This document shows, in pieces, positions 1-14,772 of a stretch of DNA of 64,000 nucleotides; position 1 is the stretch's first letter; the number at the start of each line of letters is the position of its first letter. Made by a program: the position numbers and the translations under genes. The notes under the pieces are model-generated. The model did not search any database. It worked only from the letters and a program-made list of their open reading frames with translations, and was not told where the DNA came from. The stretch is from assembly GCF_988243305.1 (NCBI RefSeq), contig NZ_OZ547136.1. One strand, given 5' to 3'.

Positions 1-2294
<2,294 letters not shown>

Positions 2295-2340
2295 GGTTTG
2301 GGTCCTTGTCTCTTTTTGAGCGCCTCGCTTCGGGCATAAA

Positions 2341-2372
2341 AAAACCCGCGCAATGGCGCGGGTTTTTTGTTT
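2341..2372 (-). terminator. leu operon attenuator (rho-independent terminator between leuL and leuA)
   Basis: GC hairpin CCCGCGC-N4-GCGCGGG flanked by A-run/T-run (aaaacccgcgcaatggcgcgggttttttg); lies downstream of the leader peptide in the direction of transcription. Confidence 0.8.
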
Positions 2373-2386
2373 GACTGCGTGCTGGC

Positions 2387-2473
2387 TTAATGCTGGATGC
2401 CGCTCACTCGTCTACCGCGCAAAAAAGATGCGTTTAGTAGTAGTAGACCGATAAAGCGAACGATGTGAGTCAT
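2387..2473 (-). CDS. leuL: leu operon leader peptide (four consecutive Leu codons)
   Basis: C-terminal 28 aa of the 2387..2578 ORF = [28 protein letters not shown]; the LLLL run is the attenuation control region. Confidence 0.85.
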
Positions 2474-2579
2474 TAAATCAGCTCCAGATGAATGCGATAT
2501 GCTTTTAGAGTTACTGGATACAAAAACGGATGTCAACCCTGATGCAACAAAAACGTCCAGCCAGCGTGAGTTCTGCATC

Positions 2580-3131
2580 AGTCAAATTAGCTAATTGTGC
2601 TGCGGTGGTTAAAACAAGCGATATTAATTTCTGCTTAACCACCGCTGCTTTTCATCGGTTGACATATTTCAGAATAAATTTTTGCATCTAATCGACGAGG
2701 GAAAGGGGGATAAAATGCACGCGTTACAAAACCTATCCTGATGATTTGTATTGAATTATATGTTTTGCGAATTTTTTGATATTGATTTGGTGAATATTAT
2801 TGATCAATTAATGTTAAGGATTAATGCATTAAACATATAAATTAATTATTAAAAAAGCACATTTAATCCATTTTGTGGATGATTGAGTATTCGCGGTAGT
2901 TATGATTAGATTGTTTTCGCAACAAAAACATTATGGATTATTATGCTGTGGTAAATGACGCTTTCCACGGCAATGGATTCTGTTTTTATAAGAACCCGTA
3001 TCTTTATGTTTTCCTAATTTTACTCATTTTCCTTTTTCTTATTTTATATGCATGATAAATCATATTCTCGAGGATTATTTCTCTGCATTCCAATAAGGGA
3101 AAGGGAGTTAAGTGTGACAGTGGAGTTAAGT
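2580..3131. promoter_or_regulatory. AT-rich divergent regulatory region between leuL and leuO (leu and leuO promoters; probable H-NS-bound DNA)
   Basis: Very AT-rich, ORF-free stretch (e.g. 2701-3050) between divergent genes; its role as a silenced/relay promoter region is established knowledge for this locus, not measured here. Confidence 0.5.
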
Positions 3132-4076
3132 ATGCCAGAGGTACAAACAGATCATCCAGAGACGGCGGAGTTAAGCAAGCCACAGCTACGCATGGTCGAT
3201 CTCAACTTATTAACCGTTTTCGATGCCGTGATGCAGGAGCAAAACATTACCCGTGCCGCTCATGTTCTGGGAATGTCGCAACCTGCGGTCAGTAACGCTG
3301 TTGCACGCCTGAAGGTGATGTTTAATGACGAGCTTTTTGTTCGTTATGGCCGTGGTATTCAACCGACTGCTCGCGCATTTCAACTTTTTGGTTCAGTTCG
3401 TCAGGCATTGCAACTAGTACAAAATGAATTGCCTGGTTCAGGTTTTGAACCCGCGAGCAGTGAACGTGTATTTCATCTTTGTGTTTGCAGCCCGTTAGAC
3501 AGCATTCTGACCTCGCAGATTTATAATCACATTGAGCAGATTGCGCCAAATATACATGTTATGTTCAAGTCTTCATTAAATCAGAACACTGAACATCAGC
3601 TGCGTTATCAGGAAACGGAGTTTGTGATTAGTTATGAAGACTTCCATCGTCCTGAATTTACCAGCGTGCCATTATTTAAAGATGAAATGGTGCTGGTAGC
3701 CAGCAAAAATCATCCAACAATTAAAGGCCCGTTACTGAAACATGATGTTTATAACGAACAACATGCGGCGGTTTCGCTCGATCGTTTCGCGTCATTTAGT
3801 CAACCGTGGTATGACACGGTAGATAAGCAAGCCAGTATCGCGTATCAGGGCATGGCAATGATGAGCGTACTTAGCGTGGTGTCGCAAACGCATCTGGTCG
3901 CTATTGCGCCGCGTTGGCTGGCTGAAGAGTTCGCTGAATCCTTAGAGTTACAGGTATTACCGCTGCCGTTAAAACAAAACAGCAGAACCTGTTATCTCTC
4001 CTGGCATGAAGCTGCCGGGCGCGATAAAGGCCATCAGTGGATGGAAGAGCAATTAGTCTCAATTTGCAAACGCTAA
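3132..4076 (+). CDS. leuO: LysR-family transcriptional regulator LeuO
   Basis: ORF 3048..4076 contains [54 protein letters not shown] (LysR HTH); start chosen at the internal Met giving 314 aa. Confidence 0.9.
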   Translation: MPEVQTDHPETAELSKPQLRMVDLNLLTVFDAVMQEQNITRAAHVLGMSQPAVSNAVARLKVMFNDELFVRYGRGIQPTARAFQLFGSVRQALQLVQNELPGSGFEPASSERVFHLCVCSPLDSILTSQIYNHIEQIAPNIHVMFKSSLNQNTEHQLRYQETEFVISYEDFHRPEFTSVPLFKDEMVLVASKNHPTIKGPLLKHDVYNEQHAAVSLDRFASFSQPWYDTVDKQASIAYQGMAMMSVLSVVSQTHLVAIAPRWLAEEFAESLELQVLPLPLKQNSRTCYLSWHEAAGRDKGHQWMEEQLVSICKR

Positions 4077-4080
4077 CTGA

Positions 4081-4129
4081 ATGCAGAATAGATCAGACAT
4101 TAATGTCTGGTTTATTCTGCATTTTTTAT
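4081..4129 (+). terminator. Putative rho-independent terminator after leuO
   Basis: Inverted repeat atgcagaata...tattctgcat followed by a T-run (ttttttatt). Confidence 0.6.
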
Positions 4130-4393
4130 TGAATGTAGAATTTTATTCTGAATGTGTAATCTCGCTATTTTAGGATTAATTAAAAAAATAGAGAAATTGC
4201 TGTAAGTTGTGGGATTCAGCCGATTTATTATCAATTTAATCCTCTGTAATGGAGGATTTTATCGTTTCTTTTCACCTTTCCTCCTGTTTATTCTTATTAC
4301 CCCGTGTTTATGTCTCTGGCTGCCAATTGCTTAAGCAAGATCGGACGGTTAATGTGTTTTACACATTTTTTCCGTCAAACAGTGAGGCAGGCC

Positions 4394-6118
4394 ATGGAGA
4401 TGTTGTCTGGAGCCGAGATGGTCGTCCGATCGCTTATCGATCAGGGCGTTAAACAAGTATTCGGTTATCCCGGAGGCGCGGTCCTTGATATTTACGATGC
4501 ATTGCATACCGTGGGTGGTATCGATCATGTTTTAGTTCGTCATGAGCAGGCGGCGGTGCATATGGCCGATGGTCTGGCGCGCGCGACCGGGGAAGTCGGC
4601 GTCGTGCTGGTAACGTCGGGTCCAGGGGCGACCAATGCGATTACCGGCATTGCCACCGCTTATATGGATTCCATTCCATTAGTTGTCCTTTCCGGACAGG
4701 TAGCGACCTCGTTGATAGGCTACGATGCCTTTCAGGAGTGCGACATGGTGGGGATTTCCCGCCCGGTGGTTAAACACAGTTTTCTGGTTAAGCAAACGGA
4801 AGACATTCCGCAGGTGCTGAAAAAGGCTTTCTGGCTAGCGGCAAGTGGTCGCCCTGGACCCGTGGTCGTTGATTTACCCAAAGATATTCTTAATCCGGCG
4901 AACAAATTACCCTACGTCTGGCCGGAGTCGGTCAGTATGCGATCTTACAATCCCACGACCTCCGGGCATAAAGGGCAAATTAAGCGCGCTCTGCAAACGC
5001 TGGTGGCGGCAAAAAAACCGGTTGTCTATGTAGGCGGTGGGGCAATCACGGCGGGCTGTCATCAGCAGCTAAAAGAAACGGTGGAGGCGTTGAATCTGCC
5101 CGTTGTTTCCTCATTAATGGGGCTGGGGGCGTTTCCGGCAACGCATCGTCAGGCACTGGGCATGCTGGGAATGCACGGCACCTACGAAGCTAATATGACG
5201 ATGCATAACGCGGATGTGATTTTTGCCGTCGGGGTACGTTTTGATGACCGAACGACGAACAATCTGGCGAAGTACTGCCCAAATGCCACGGTTCTGCATA
5301 TCGATATTGATCCTACTTCCATTTCTAAAACCGTGACTGCTGATATCCCGATTGTGGGGGATGCTCGCCAGGTCCTCGAACAAATGCTTGAACTCCTGTC
5401 GCAAGAATCCGTCCATCAACCGCTGGATGAGATCCGCGACTGGTGGCAGCAGATTGAACAGTGGCGCGCTCGTCAGTGCCTGAAATATGACTCTTACAGT
5501 GAAAAGATTAAACCGCAGGCGGTGATCGAGACTCTTTGGCGGTTGACGAAGGGAGACGCTTACGTGACGTCCGATGTCGGGCAGCACCAGATGTTTGCTG
5601 CGCTTTATTATCCATTCGACAAACCGCGTCGCTGGATCAACTCTGGCGGCCTCGGCACGATGGGGTTTGGTTTGCCTGCGGCACTGGGCGTCAAAATGGC
5701 GTTGCCAGAAGAAACCGTGGTTTGCGTCACTGGCGACGGCAGTATTCAGATGAACATTCAGGAACTGTCTACCGCGTTGCAATACGAGTTGCCAGTACTG
5801 GTGGTGAATCTCAATAACCGCTATCTGGGGATGGTGAAACAGTGGCAGGACATGATCTATTCCGGCCGTCATTCACAATCTTATATGCAGTCACTACCCG
5901 ATTTCGTTCGTCTGGCGGAAGCCTATGGTCACGTCGGGATCCAGATTTCTCATCCGCAAGAACTGGAAAGCAAACTTAGCGAGGCGCTGGAACAGGTGCG
6001 CAATAATCGCCTGGTGTTTGTTGATGTCACCGTCGATGGCAGTGAGCACGTCTACCCGATGCAGATTCGCGGGGGCGGAATGGATGAAATGTGGTTAAGC
6101 AAAACGGAGAGAACCTGA
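4394..6118 (+). CDS. ilvI: Acetolactate synthase III large subunit
   Basis: ORF contains [37 protein letters not shown] and the TPP-binding motif region [12 protein letters not shown]; 574 aa from the internal Met. Confidence 0.94.
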   Translation: MEMLSGAEMVVRSLIDQGVKQVFGYPGGAVLDIYDALHTVGGIDHVLVRHEQAAVHMADGLARATGEVGVVLVTSGPGATNAITGIATAYMDSIPLVVLSGQVATSLIGYDAFQECDMVGISRPVVKHSFLVKQTEDIPQVLKKAFWLAASGRPGPVVVDLPKDILNPANKLPYVWPESVSMRSYNPTTSGHKGQIKRALQTLVAAKKPVVYVGGGAITAGCHQQLKETVEALNLPVVSSLMGLGAFPATHRQALGMLGMHGTYEANMTMHNADVIFAVGVRFDDRTTNNLAKYCPNATVLHIDIDPTSISKTVTADIPIVGDARQVLEQMLELLSQESVHQPLDEIRDWWQQIEQWRARQCLKYDSYSEKIKPQAVIETLWRLTKGDAYVTSDVGQHQMFAALYYPFDKPRRWINSGGLGTMGFGLPAALGVKMALPEETVVCVTGDGSIQMNIQELSTALQYELPVLVVNLNNRYLGMVKQWQDMIYSGRHSQSYMQSLPDFVRLAEAYGHVGIQISHPQELESKLSEALEQVRNNRLVFVDVTVDGSEHVYPMQIRGGGMDEMWLSKTERT

Positions 6119-6120
6119 TT

Positions 6121-6612
6121 ATGCGCCGGATATTATCAGTCTTACTCGAAAATGAATCAGGCGCGTTATCCCGCGTGATTGGCCTTTTTTCCCAGCGTGG
6201 CTACAACATTGAAAGCCTGACCGTTGCGCCAACCGACGATCCGACATTATCGCGTATGACCATCCAGACCGTGGGCGATGAAAAAGTGCTTGAGCAGATC
6301 GAAAAGCAATTACACAAGCTGGTCGATGTATTACGCGTGAGCGAGTTGGGGCAGGGTGCGCATGTTGAGCGGGAAATCATGCTGGTGAAAATTCAGGCCA
6401 GCGGCTACGGGCGTGACGAAGTTAAACGTAATACGGAAATATTCCGTGGGCAAATTATTGATGTCACACCCTCGCTTTATACCGTTCAATTAGCAGGCAC
6501 CAGCGATAAGCTTGATGCATTTTTAGCATCGATTCGCGATGTGGCGAAAATTGTGGAAGTTGCTCGCTCTGGTGTAGTCGGACTTTCGCGCGGCGATAAA
6601 ATAATGCGTTGA
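6121..6612 (+). CDS. ilvH: Acetolactate synthase III small (regulatory) subunit
   Basis: [40 protein letters not shown] (ACT domain), 163 aa; starts 3 nt after the ilvI stop. Confidence 0.94.
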
Positions 6613-6636
6613 GAATGATCTCAATGCGCAATTTGC

Positions 6637-6667
6637 AGCCCAACATGTCACGTTGGGCTTTTTTTGC
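6637..6667 (+). terminator. Rho-independent terminator after ilvIH
   Basis: Hairpin agcccaac-atgtcac-gttgggct followed by ttttttt. Confidence 0.7.
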
Positions 6668-6791
6668 GAAATCAGTGGGAACCTGGAATAAAAGCAGTTG
6701 CCGCAGTTAATTTTCTGCGCTTAGATGTTAATGAATTTAACCCATACCAGTACAATGGCTATGGTTTTTACATTTTACGCAAGGGGCAATT

Positions 6792-7796
6792 GTGAAACTG
6801 GATGAAATCGCTCGGCTGGCGGGAGTGTCGCGGACCACTGCAAGCTATGTTATTAACGGCAAAGCGAAGCAATACCGTGTGAGCGACAAAACCGTTGAAA
6901 AAGTCATGGCTGTGGTGCGTGAGCACAATTACCACCCGAACGCCGTGGCAGCTGGGCTTCGTGCTGGACGCACACGTTCTATTGGTCTTGTGATCCCCGA
7001 TCTGGAGAACACCAGCTATACCCGCATCGCTAACTATCTTGAACGCCAGGCGCGGCAAAGGGGTTATCAACTGCTGATTGCCTGCTCGGAAGATCAGCCC
7101 GACAACGAAATGCGTTGTATCGAGCATCTTTTGCAGCGTCAGGTTGATGCCATTATTGTTTCGACGTCGTTGCCACCTGAGCATCCTTTTTATCAACGCT
7201 GGGCTAACGACCCGTTCCCGATTGTCGCGCTGGACCGCGCCCTCGATCGTGAACATTTCACCAGCGTGGTTGGTGCCGATCAGGATGATGCCGAAATGCT
7301 GGCGGAAGAGTTACGTAAGTTTCCCGCCGAGACGGTACTTTATCTTGGCGCGCTGCCGGAGCTTTCTGTCAGCTTCCTGCGTGAACAAGGTTTCCGTACT
7401 GCCTGGAAAGATGATCCGCGCGAAGTGCATTTCCTTTATGCCAACAGCTATGAGCGGGAGGCGGCTGCCCAGTTATTCGAAAAATGGCTGGAAACGCATC
7501 CGATGCCGCAGGCACTGTTCACAACGTCGTTTGCGTTGTTGCAAGGGGTGATGGATGTCACGCTACGTCGTGACGGCAAACTGCCTTCTGACCTGGCAAT
7601 TGCCACCTTTGGCGATAACGAACTGCTCGACTTCTTACAGTGCCCGGTGCTGGCAGTGGCTCAACGTCACCGCGATGTCGCAGAGCGTGTGCTGGAGATT
7701 GTCCTGGCAAGCCTGGACGAACCGCGTAAGCCAAAACCTGGTTTAACGCGCATTAAACGTAATCTCTATCGCCGCGGCGTGCTCAGCCGTAGCTAA
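6792..7796 (+). CDS. cra: Catabolite repressor/activator Cra (FruR), LacI family
   Basis: GTG start; [56 protein letters not shown] (LacI-type HTH); 334 aa. Confidence 0.94.
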   Translation: MKLDEIARLAGVSRTTASYVINGKAKQYRVSDKTVEKVMAVVREHNYHPNAVAAGLRAGRTRSIGLVIPDLENTSYTRIANYLERQARQRGYQLLIACSEDQPDNEMRCIEHLLQRQVDAIIVSTSLPPEHPFYQRWANDPFPIVALDRALDREHFTSVVGADQDDAEMLAEELRKFPAETVLYLGALPELSVSFLREQGFRTAWKDDPREVHFLYANSYEREAAAQLFEKWLETHPMPQALFTTSFALLQGVMDVTLRRDGKLPSDLAIATFGDNELLDFLQCPVLAVAQRHRDVAERVLEIVLASLDEPRKPKPGLTRIKRNLYRRGVLSRS

Positions 7797-8353
7797 GCCG
7801 CGAACAAAAATACGCGCCAGGTGAATTTCTCTCTGGCGCGTTGAGTACGGGAATGGACATCAATATCCTTAAAGTAAATAAGACTATTCCTGGCTATTAT
7901 TGATAAATGCTTTTAAACCTGCCCGTTAATTACCTCACCAGCTGAAATTCACAATAATTAAGTGATATCGATAGCGCGTTTTTGCATTATTTTGTTACAT
8001 GCAGAGATGAATTGCCGATTTAACAAACACTTTTCTTTGCTTTTGCGCAAACCCGCTGGCATCAAGCGCCACACAGACGCAACAGGGACTGTTAACCGGG
8101 GAAGATATGTCCTAAAATGCCGCTCGCGTCGCAAACTGACACTTTATATTTGCTGTGGAAAATAGTGAGTCATTTTAAAACGGTGATGACGATGAGGGAT
8201 TTTTTCTTACAGCTATTCATAACGTTAATTTGCTTCGCACGTTGGACGTAAAATAAACAACGCTGATATTAGCCGTAAACATCGGGTTTTTTACCTCGGT
8301 ATGCCTTGTGACTGGCTTGACAAGCTTTTCCTCCGCTCCGTAAACTCCTTTCA

Positions 8354-8378
8354 GTGGGAAATTGTGGGGCAAAGTGGG
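8354..8378 (+). promoter_or_regulatory. MraZ operator: three GTGGG direct repeats at 10-bp spacing in the mra promoter region
   Basis: GTGGGaaattGTGGGgcaaaGTGGGaataa at 8354-8358, 8364-8368 and 8374-8378, just upstream of the mraZ start. Confidence 0.7.
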
Positions 8379-8397
8379 AATAAGGGGTGAGGCTGGC

Positions 8398-8856
8398 ATG
8401 TTCCGGGGAGCAACGTTAGTCAATCTCGACAGCAAAGGGCGCTTATCAGTGCCTACCCGTTATCGGGAGCAGCTGCTTGAGAACGCTGCCGGTCAAATGG
8501 TTTGCACCATTGACATTCATCACCCGTGCCTGCTGCTTTACCCCCTGCCTGAATGGGAAATTATCGAGCAAAAATTATCGCGTCTGTCGAGCATGAACCC
8601 GGTTGAGCGCCGTGTGCAGCGCCTACTGTTAGGTCATGCCAGCGAATGTCAGATGGATGGCGCAGGTCGATTGTTAATCGCGCCAGTACTGCGGCAACAT
8701 GCCGGGCTGACAAAAGAAGTGATGCTGGTTGGACAGTTCAACAAGTTTGAGCTGTGGGATGAAACAACCTGGCATCAACAGGTCAAGGAAGATATCGACG
8801 CAGAGCAGTTGGCTACCGGAGACTTATCGGAGCGACTGCAGGACTTGTCTCTATAA
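8398..8856 (+). CDS. mraZ: Transcriptional regulator MraZ
   Basis: [56 protein letters not shown]; 152 aa from the internal Met. Confidence 0.93.
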
Positions 8857-8857
8857 A

Positions 8858-9799
8858 ATGATGGAAAACTATAAACATACTACGGTGCTGCTGGATGAAG
8901 CCGTTAATGGCCTCAATATCCGTCCTGATGGCATCTACATTGATGGGACTTTTGGTCGCGGTGGTCACTCACGTCTGATCCTCTCGCAGCTTGGCGAAGA
9001 GGGGCGTTTGCTGGCGATCGATCGCGACCCGCAGGCTATCTCCGTTGCGAAGACTATTGATGATCCGCGCTTCTCCATCATCCACGGACCTTTCTCCGCG
9101 CTGGGCGAATATGTTGCCGAGCGCGATCTTATCGGCAAGATCGACGGCATTCTCCTCGATCTTGGCGTCTCTTCACCGCAACTTGATGATGCTGAACGCG
9201 GCTTTTCCTTTATGCGCGATGGTCCGCTGGACATGCGTATGGACCCAACCCGTGGGCAGTCAGCCGCTGAATGGCTACAAACCGCAGAAGAAGCCGATAT
9301 CGCCTGGGTATTGAAAACCTATGGTGAAGAGCGTTTTGCCAAACGCATTGCCCGCGCCATTGTCGAGCGTAACCGCGAACAGCCGATGACCCGCACCAAA
9401 GAACTGGCGGAAGTCGTGGCTGCTGCAACGCCGGTGAAAGATAAGTTTAAACATCCCGCGACCCGGACCTTCCAGGCGGTGCGCATTTGGGTAAACAGTG
9501 AACTGGAGGAGATAGAGCAGGCGCTAAAAAGCTCGCTCAACGTGCTGGCCCCGGGTGGGCGGCTTTCGATCATCAGCTTCCACTCGCTGGAAGACCGTAT
9601 TGTGAAACGTTTTATGCGTGAAAACAGCCGCGGTCCGCAAGTTCCGGCAGGGTTACCGATGACTGAAGAGCAGCTCAAAAAACTGGGTGGCCGTCAGCTG
9701 CGAGCACTAGGCAAGTTAATGCCGGGCGAAGAAGAGGTGGCTGAGAATCCTCGTGCCCGTAGTTCAGTTCTGCGTATTGCAGAGAGGACGAACGCATGA
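8858..9799 (+). CDS. rsmH: 16S rRNA m4C1402 methyltransferase RsmH (MraW)
   Basis: [38 protein letters not shown] (SAM-binding motif); 313 aa; start 2 nt after the mraZ stop. Confidence 0.94.
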
Positions 9800-10161
9800 T
9801 CAGCAGAGTGACAGAAGCTCTAAGCAAAGTTAAAGGATCGATGGGAAGCCACGAGCGCCATGCATTGCCTGGTGTTATCGGTGACGATCTTTTGCGATTT
9901 GGGAAGCTGCCACTCTGCCTGTTCATTTGCATTATTTTGACGGCGGTGACCGTGGTAACCACGGCGCACCATACCCGTTTACTGACCGCTCAGCGCGAAC
10001 AACTGGTGCTGGAGCGAGATGCTTTAGACATTGAATGGCGCAACCTGATCCTTGAAGAGAATGCGCTCGGCGACCATAGCCGGGTGGAAAGGATCGCCAC
10101 GGAAAAGCTGCAAATGCAGCATGTTGATCCGTCACAAGAAAATATCGTAGTGCAAAAATAA
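9796..10161 (+). CDS. ftsL: Cell division protein FtsL
   Basis: 121-aa bitopic protein [54 protein letters not shown]; overlaps the rsmH stop. Confidence 0.93.
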
Positions 10162-10176
10162 GGATAAACGCGACGC

Positions 10177-11943
10177 ATGAAAGCAGCGGCGAAAACGCAG
10201 AAACCAAAACGTCAGGAAGAACATGCCAACTTTATCAGTTGGCGTTTTGCGTTGTTATGCGGCTGTATTCTCCTGGCGCTGGCTTTTCTGCTCGGACGCG
10301 TAGCGTGGTTACAAGTTATCTCCCCGGATATGCTGGTGAAAGAGGGCGACATGCGTTCTCTTCGCGTTCAGCAAGTTTCCACCTCCCGCGGCATGATTAC
10401 TGACCGTTCTGGTCGCCCGTTAGCGGTGAGCGTGCCGGTAAAAGCGATTTGGGCTGACCCGAAAGAAGTGCATGACGCTGGCGGTATCAGCGTCGGTGAC
10501 CGCTGGAAGGCGCTGGCTAACGCGCTCAATATTCCGCTGGATCAGCTTTCAGCCCGCATTAACGCCAACCCGAAAGGGCGCTTTATTTATCTGGCGCGTC
10601 AGGTAAACCCTGACATGGCGGACTACATCAAAAAACTGAAACTGCCGGGGATTCATCTGCGTGAAGAATCTCGCCGTTATTATCCATCCGGCGAAGTGAC
10701 TGCTCACCTCATCGGCTTTACTAACGTCGATAGTCAGGGGATTGAGGGCGTCGAGAAGAGTTTCGATAAATGGCTTACCGGGCAGCCGGGTGAGCGCATT
10801 GTGCGTAAAGACCGCTATGGTCGCGTAATTGAAGATATTTCTTCTACTGACAGCCAGGCAGCGCACAACCTGGCGCTGAGTATTGATGAACGCTTGCAGG
10901 CGCTGGTTTATCGCGAACTGAACAACGCGGTGGCCTTTAACAAGGCTGAATCTGGTAGCGCCGTGCTGGTGGATGTCAACACCGGTGAAGTGCTGGCGAT
11001 GGCTAACAGTCCGTCATACAACCCTAACAATCTGAGCGGCACGCCGAAAGAGGCGATGCGTAACCGTACCATCACCGACGTGTTTGAACCGGGCTCAACG
11101 GTTAAACCGATGGTGGTGATGACCGCGTTGCAACGTGGCGTAGTGCGGGAAAACTCGGTACTCAATACCATTCCTTATCGAATTAACGGCCACGAAATCA
11201 AAGACGTGGCACGCTACAGCGAATTAACCCTGACCGGGGTATTACAGAAGTCGAGTAACGTCGGTGTTTCCAAGCTGGCGTTAGCGATGCCGTCCTCAGC
11301 GTTAGTAGATACTTACTCACGTTTTGGACTGGGAAAAGCGACCAATTTGGGGTTGGTCGGAGAACGCAGTGGCTTATATCCTCAAAAACAACGGTGGTCT
11401 GACATAGAGAGGGCCACCTTCTCTTTCGGCTACGGGCTAATGGTAACACCGTTACAGTTAGCGCGAGTCTACGCAACTATCGGCAGCTACGGCATTTATC
11501 GCCCACTGTCGATTACCAAAGTTGACCCCCCGGTTCCCGGTGAACGAGTCTTCCCGGAATCCATTGTTCGCACCGTGGTGCATATGATGGAAAGCGTGGC
11601 GCTACCGGGTGGTGGCGGCGTGAAGGCGGCGATTAAGGGCTATCGTATCGCCATTAAAACCGGTACCGCGAAAAAGGTCGGGCCGGACGGTCGCTACATC
11701 AATAAATATATTGCTTATACCGCAGGCGTTGCGCCTGCGAGTCAGCCGCGCTTCGCGCTGGTTGTTGTTATCAACGATCCGCAGGCGGGTAAATACTACG
11801 GCGGCGCCGTTTCCGCGCCGGTCTTTGGTGCCATCATGGGCGGCGTATTGCGTACCATGAACATCGAGCCGGATGCGCTGACAACGGGCGATAAAAATGA
11901 ATTTGTGATTAATCAAGGCGAGGGGACAGGTGGCAGATCGTAA
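10177..11943 (+). CDS. ftsI: Peptidoglycan D,D-transpeptidase FtsI (PBP3)
   Basis: 588 aa with N-terminal TM segment and transpeptidase motifs STVK, SSN and KTG. Confidence 0.96.
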   Translation: MKAAAKTQKPKRQEEHANFISWRFALLCGCILLALAFLLGRVAWLQVISPDMLVKEGDMRSLRVQQVSTSRGMITDRSGRPLAVSVPVKAIWADPKEVHDAGGISVGDRWKALANALNIPLDQLSARINANPKGRFIYLARQVNPDMADYIKKLKLPGIHLREESRRYYPSGEVTAHLIGFTNVDSQGIEGVEKSFDKWLTGQPGERIVRKDRYGRVIEDISSTDSQAAHNLALSIDERLQALVYRELNNAVAFNKAESGSAVLVDVNTGEVLAMANSPSYNPNNLSGTPKEAMRNRTITDVFEPGSTVKPMVVMTALQRGVVRENSVLNTIPYRINGHEIKDVARYSELTLTGVLQKSSNVGVSKLALAMPSSALVDTYSRFGLGKATNLGLVGERSGLYPQKQRWSDIERATFSFGYGLMVTPLQLARVYATIGSYGIYRPLSITKVDPPVPGERVFPESIVRTVVHMMESVALPGGGGVKAAIKGYRIAIKTGTAKKVGPDGRYINKYIAYTAGVAPASQPRFALVVVINDPQAGKYYGGAVSAPVFGAIMGGVLRTMNIEPDALTTGDKNEFVINQGEGTGGRS

Positions 11944-13417
11944 TTTGCGCGACCTTCTTGCTCCGTGGGTGCCAGACGCACCTTCGCGAGCACTGCGAGA
12001 GATGACACTCGACAGCCGTGTGGCTGCGGCGGGCGATCTCTTTGTAGCTGTAGTAGGTCATCAGGCGGACGGGCGTCGATATATCCCGCAGGCGATAGCG
12101 CAAGGTGTGGCTGCCATTATTGCAGAGGCGAAAGGTGAGGCGACCGATGGTGAAATCCGTGAAATGCACGGCGTACCGGTCATCTATCTCAGCCAGCTCA
12201 ACGAGCGTTTATCTGCACTGGCGGGCCGCTTTTACCATGAACCCTCTGACAATTTACGTCTCGTGGGCGTAACGGGCACCAACGGCAAAACCACGACGAC
12301 CCAGCTGCTGGCGCAGTGGAGCCAACTGCTTGGCGAAACCAGCGCGGTAATGGGCACCGTTGGTAACGGTCTGCTGGGGAAAGTGATCCCGACAGAAAAT
12401 ACCACCGGTTCGGCAGTCGATGTTCAGCATGAGCTGTCGGGGCTGGTGGATCAGGGCGCGACTTTTTGCGCAATGGAAGTTTCCTCCCACGGGCTGGTAC
12501 AGCACCGTGTGGCGGCATTGAAATTTGCGGCGTCGGTCTTTACCAACTTAAGCCGCGATCACCTTGATTATCATGGTGATATGGAACACTACGAAGCTGC
12601 GAAATGGCTGCTTTATTCTGAACATCATTGCGGTCAGGCGATTATTAACGCCGACGATGAAGTGGGCCGCCGCTGGCTGGCAAAACTGCCAGACGCGGTT
12701 GCGGTGTCAATGGAAGATCATATCAATCCGAACTGTCACGGACGCTGGTTGAAAGCGACCGACGTGAACTATCACGACAGCGGTGCGACGATTCGCTTTA
12801 GCTCAAGCTGGGGCGATGGGGAAATTGAAAGCCATCTGATGGGCGCTTTTAACGTCAGCAACCTGCTGCTGGCGCTGGCGACGCTGCTGGCGCTGGGCTA
12901 TCCGTTGGCTGACCTGCTGAAAACTGCCGCGCGTCTGCAACCGGTTTGCGGACGTATGGAAGTGTTCACTGCACCAGGCAAACCGACGGTGGTGGTGGAT
13001 TACGCGCATACGCCAGATGCACTGGAAAAAGCCTTGCAGGCGGCGCGCCTGCACTGTGCGGGCAAGCTGTGGTGCGTCTTTGGCTGCGGTGGCGATCGTG
13101 ATAAAGGCAAACGTCCACTGATGGGCGCAATTGCTGAAGAGTTTGCTGACGTGGCGGTGGTGACGGACGATAACCCGCGTACCGAAGAACCGCGTGCCAT
13201 CATCAACGATATTCTGGCGGGAATGTTAGATGCCGGACATGCCAAAGTGATGGAAGGCCGTGCTGAAGCGGTGACTTGCGCTGTTATGCAGGCTAAAGAG
13301 AATGATGTGGTACTGGTCGCGGGCAAAGGTCATGAGGATTACCAGATTGTTGGCAATCAGCGTCTGGACTACTCCGATCGCGTCACGGTGGCGCGTCTGC
13401 TGGGGGTGATTGCATGA
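11930..13417 (+). CDS. murE: UDP-MurNAc-tripeptide synthetase (meso-DAP adding)
   Basis: GTG start overlapping the ftsI end; 495 aa; Mur ligase P-loop [12 protein letters not shown]. Confidence 0.95.
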   Translation: MADRNLRDLLAPWVPDAPSRALREMTLDSRVAAAGDLFVAVVGHQADGRRYIPQAIAQGVAAIIAEAKGEATDGEIREMHGVPVIYLSQLNERLSALAGRFYHEPSDNLRLVGVTGTNGKTTTTQLLAQWSQLLGETSAVMGTVGNGLLGKVIPTENTTGSAVDVQHELSGLVDQGATFCAMEVSSHGLVQHRVAALKFAASVFTNLSRDHLDYHGDMEHYEAAKWLLYSEHHCGQAIINADDEVGRRWLAKLPDAVAVSMEDHINPNCHGRWLKATDVNYHDSGATIRFSSSWGDGEIESHLMGAFNVSNLLLALATLLALGYPLADLLKTAARLQPVCGRMEVFTAPGKPTVVVDYAHTPDALEKALQAARLHCAGKLWCVFGCGGDRDKGKRPLMGAIAEEFADVAVVTDDNPRTEEPRAIINDILAGMLDAGHAKVMEGRAEAVTCAVMQAKENDVVLVAGKGHEDYQIVGNQRLDYSDRVTVARLLGVIA

Positions 13418-14772
13418 TTAGCGTAACCCTTAGCCAACTTACCGATATTCTCAACGGTGAACTGCAAGGTGCAGATATTACCCTTGATGCAGTAACCACT
13501 GACACGCGAAAACTGACGCCGGGCTGCCTGTTTGTTGCCCTGAAAGGCGAACGTTTCGATGCTCATGATTTTGCCGACCAGGCGAAAGCTGGCGGCGCGG
13601 GCGCACTACTGGTCAGCCGTCCGCTGGATATCGATCTGCCGCAGTTAATCGTCAAGGATACGCGTCTGGCGTTTGGTGAACTGGCTGCATGGGTTCGCCA
13701 GCAAGTTCCGGCGCGCGTGGTTGCTCTGACGGGTTCCTCCGGCAAAACCTCCGTTAAAGAGATGACGGCGGCGATTTTAAGCCAGTGCGGCAACACGCTT
13801 TATACGGCAGGCAATCTCAACAACGACATCGGCGTACCGATGACGCTGCTGCGCTTAACGCCGGAATATGATTACGCAGTCATTGAACTTGGCGCGAACC
13901 ATCAGGGCGAAATAGCCTGGACTGTGAGTCTGACTCGCCCGGAAGCGGCGCTGGTCAACAACCTGGCAGCGGCACATCTGGAAGGTTTTGGCTCGCTTGC
14001 GGGGGTCGCGAAAGCGAAAGGTGAAATCTTTAGCGGCCTGCCGGAAAACGGTATCGCCATCATGAACGCCGACAACAACGACTGGCTGAACTGGCAGAGC
14101 GTAATTGGCTCACGCAAAGTGTGGCGTTTCTCACCCAATGCCGCCAACAGCGATTTCACCGCCACCAATATCCATGTGACCTCGCACGGTACGGAATTTA
14201 CCCTGCAAACCCCAACCGGTAGCGTGGATGTTCTGCTGCCGTTGCCGGGGTGTCACAATATTGCGAATGCACTGGCAGCCGCTGCGCTCTCCATGTCCGT
14301 GGGCGCAACGCTTGATGCTATCAAAGCGGGGCTGGCAAATCTGAAAGCTGTTCCAGGCCGTCTGTTCCCCATCCAACTGGCGGAAAACCAGTTGCTGCTC
14401 GACGACTCCTACAACGCCAATGTCGGTTCAATGACCGCAGCAGTCCAGGTACTGGCTGAAATGCCGGGCTACCGCGTGCTGGTGGTGGGCGATATGGCGG
14501 AACTGGGCACTGAAAGCGAAGCCTGCCATATACAGGTGGGCGAAGCGGCAAAAGCAGCTGGTATTGACCGCGTGTTAAGCGTGGGCAAACAAAGCCATGC
14601 TATCAGCACCGCTAGCGGCGTTGGCGAACATTTTTCCGATAAAACTGCGCTTATCGCGCGTCTTAAATCACTGATTGCTGAGCAACAGGTAATTACGATT
14701 TTAGTTAAGGGTTCACGTAGTGCTGCCATGGAAGAGGTAGTACGCGCTTTACAGGAGAATGGGACATGTTAG
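13414..14772 (+). CDS. murF: UDP-MurNAc-pentapeptide synthetase (D-Ala-D-Ala adding)
   Basis: 452 aa; Mur ligase motif [13 protein letters not shown]; overlaps the murE stop (ATGA). Confidence 0.95.

Noticed and set aside
3048..3131. N-terminal extensions suggested by the ORF track for leuO (3048), ilvI (4304), ilvH (6091), mraZ (8362), rsmH (8729), secM (26316), nadC (37332), ampE (37887), pdhR (43222), lpd (49042), acnB (52625), yacL (55497), yacC (58272), cueO (58228), gcd (62272), hpt (62385)
   Set aside because: Longest-ORF starts; internal starts were preferred where they reproduce the known protein N-terminus, overlap the upstream stop codon in the usual way, or have a better RBS.
7801..7841. 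Inverted repeat acgcgccag...ctggcgcgt downstream of cra as a terminator
   Set aside because: A stem is present but has a long loop and no T-tract; too weak to call as a feature.
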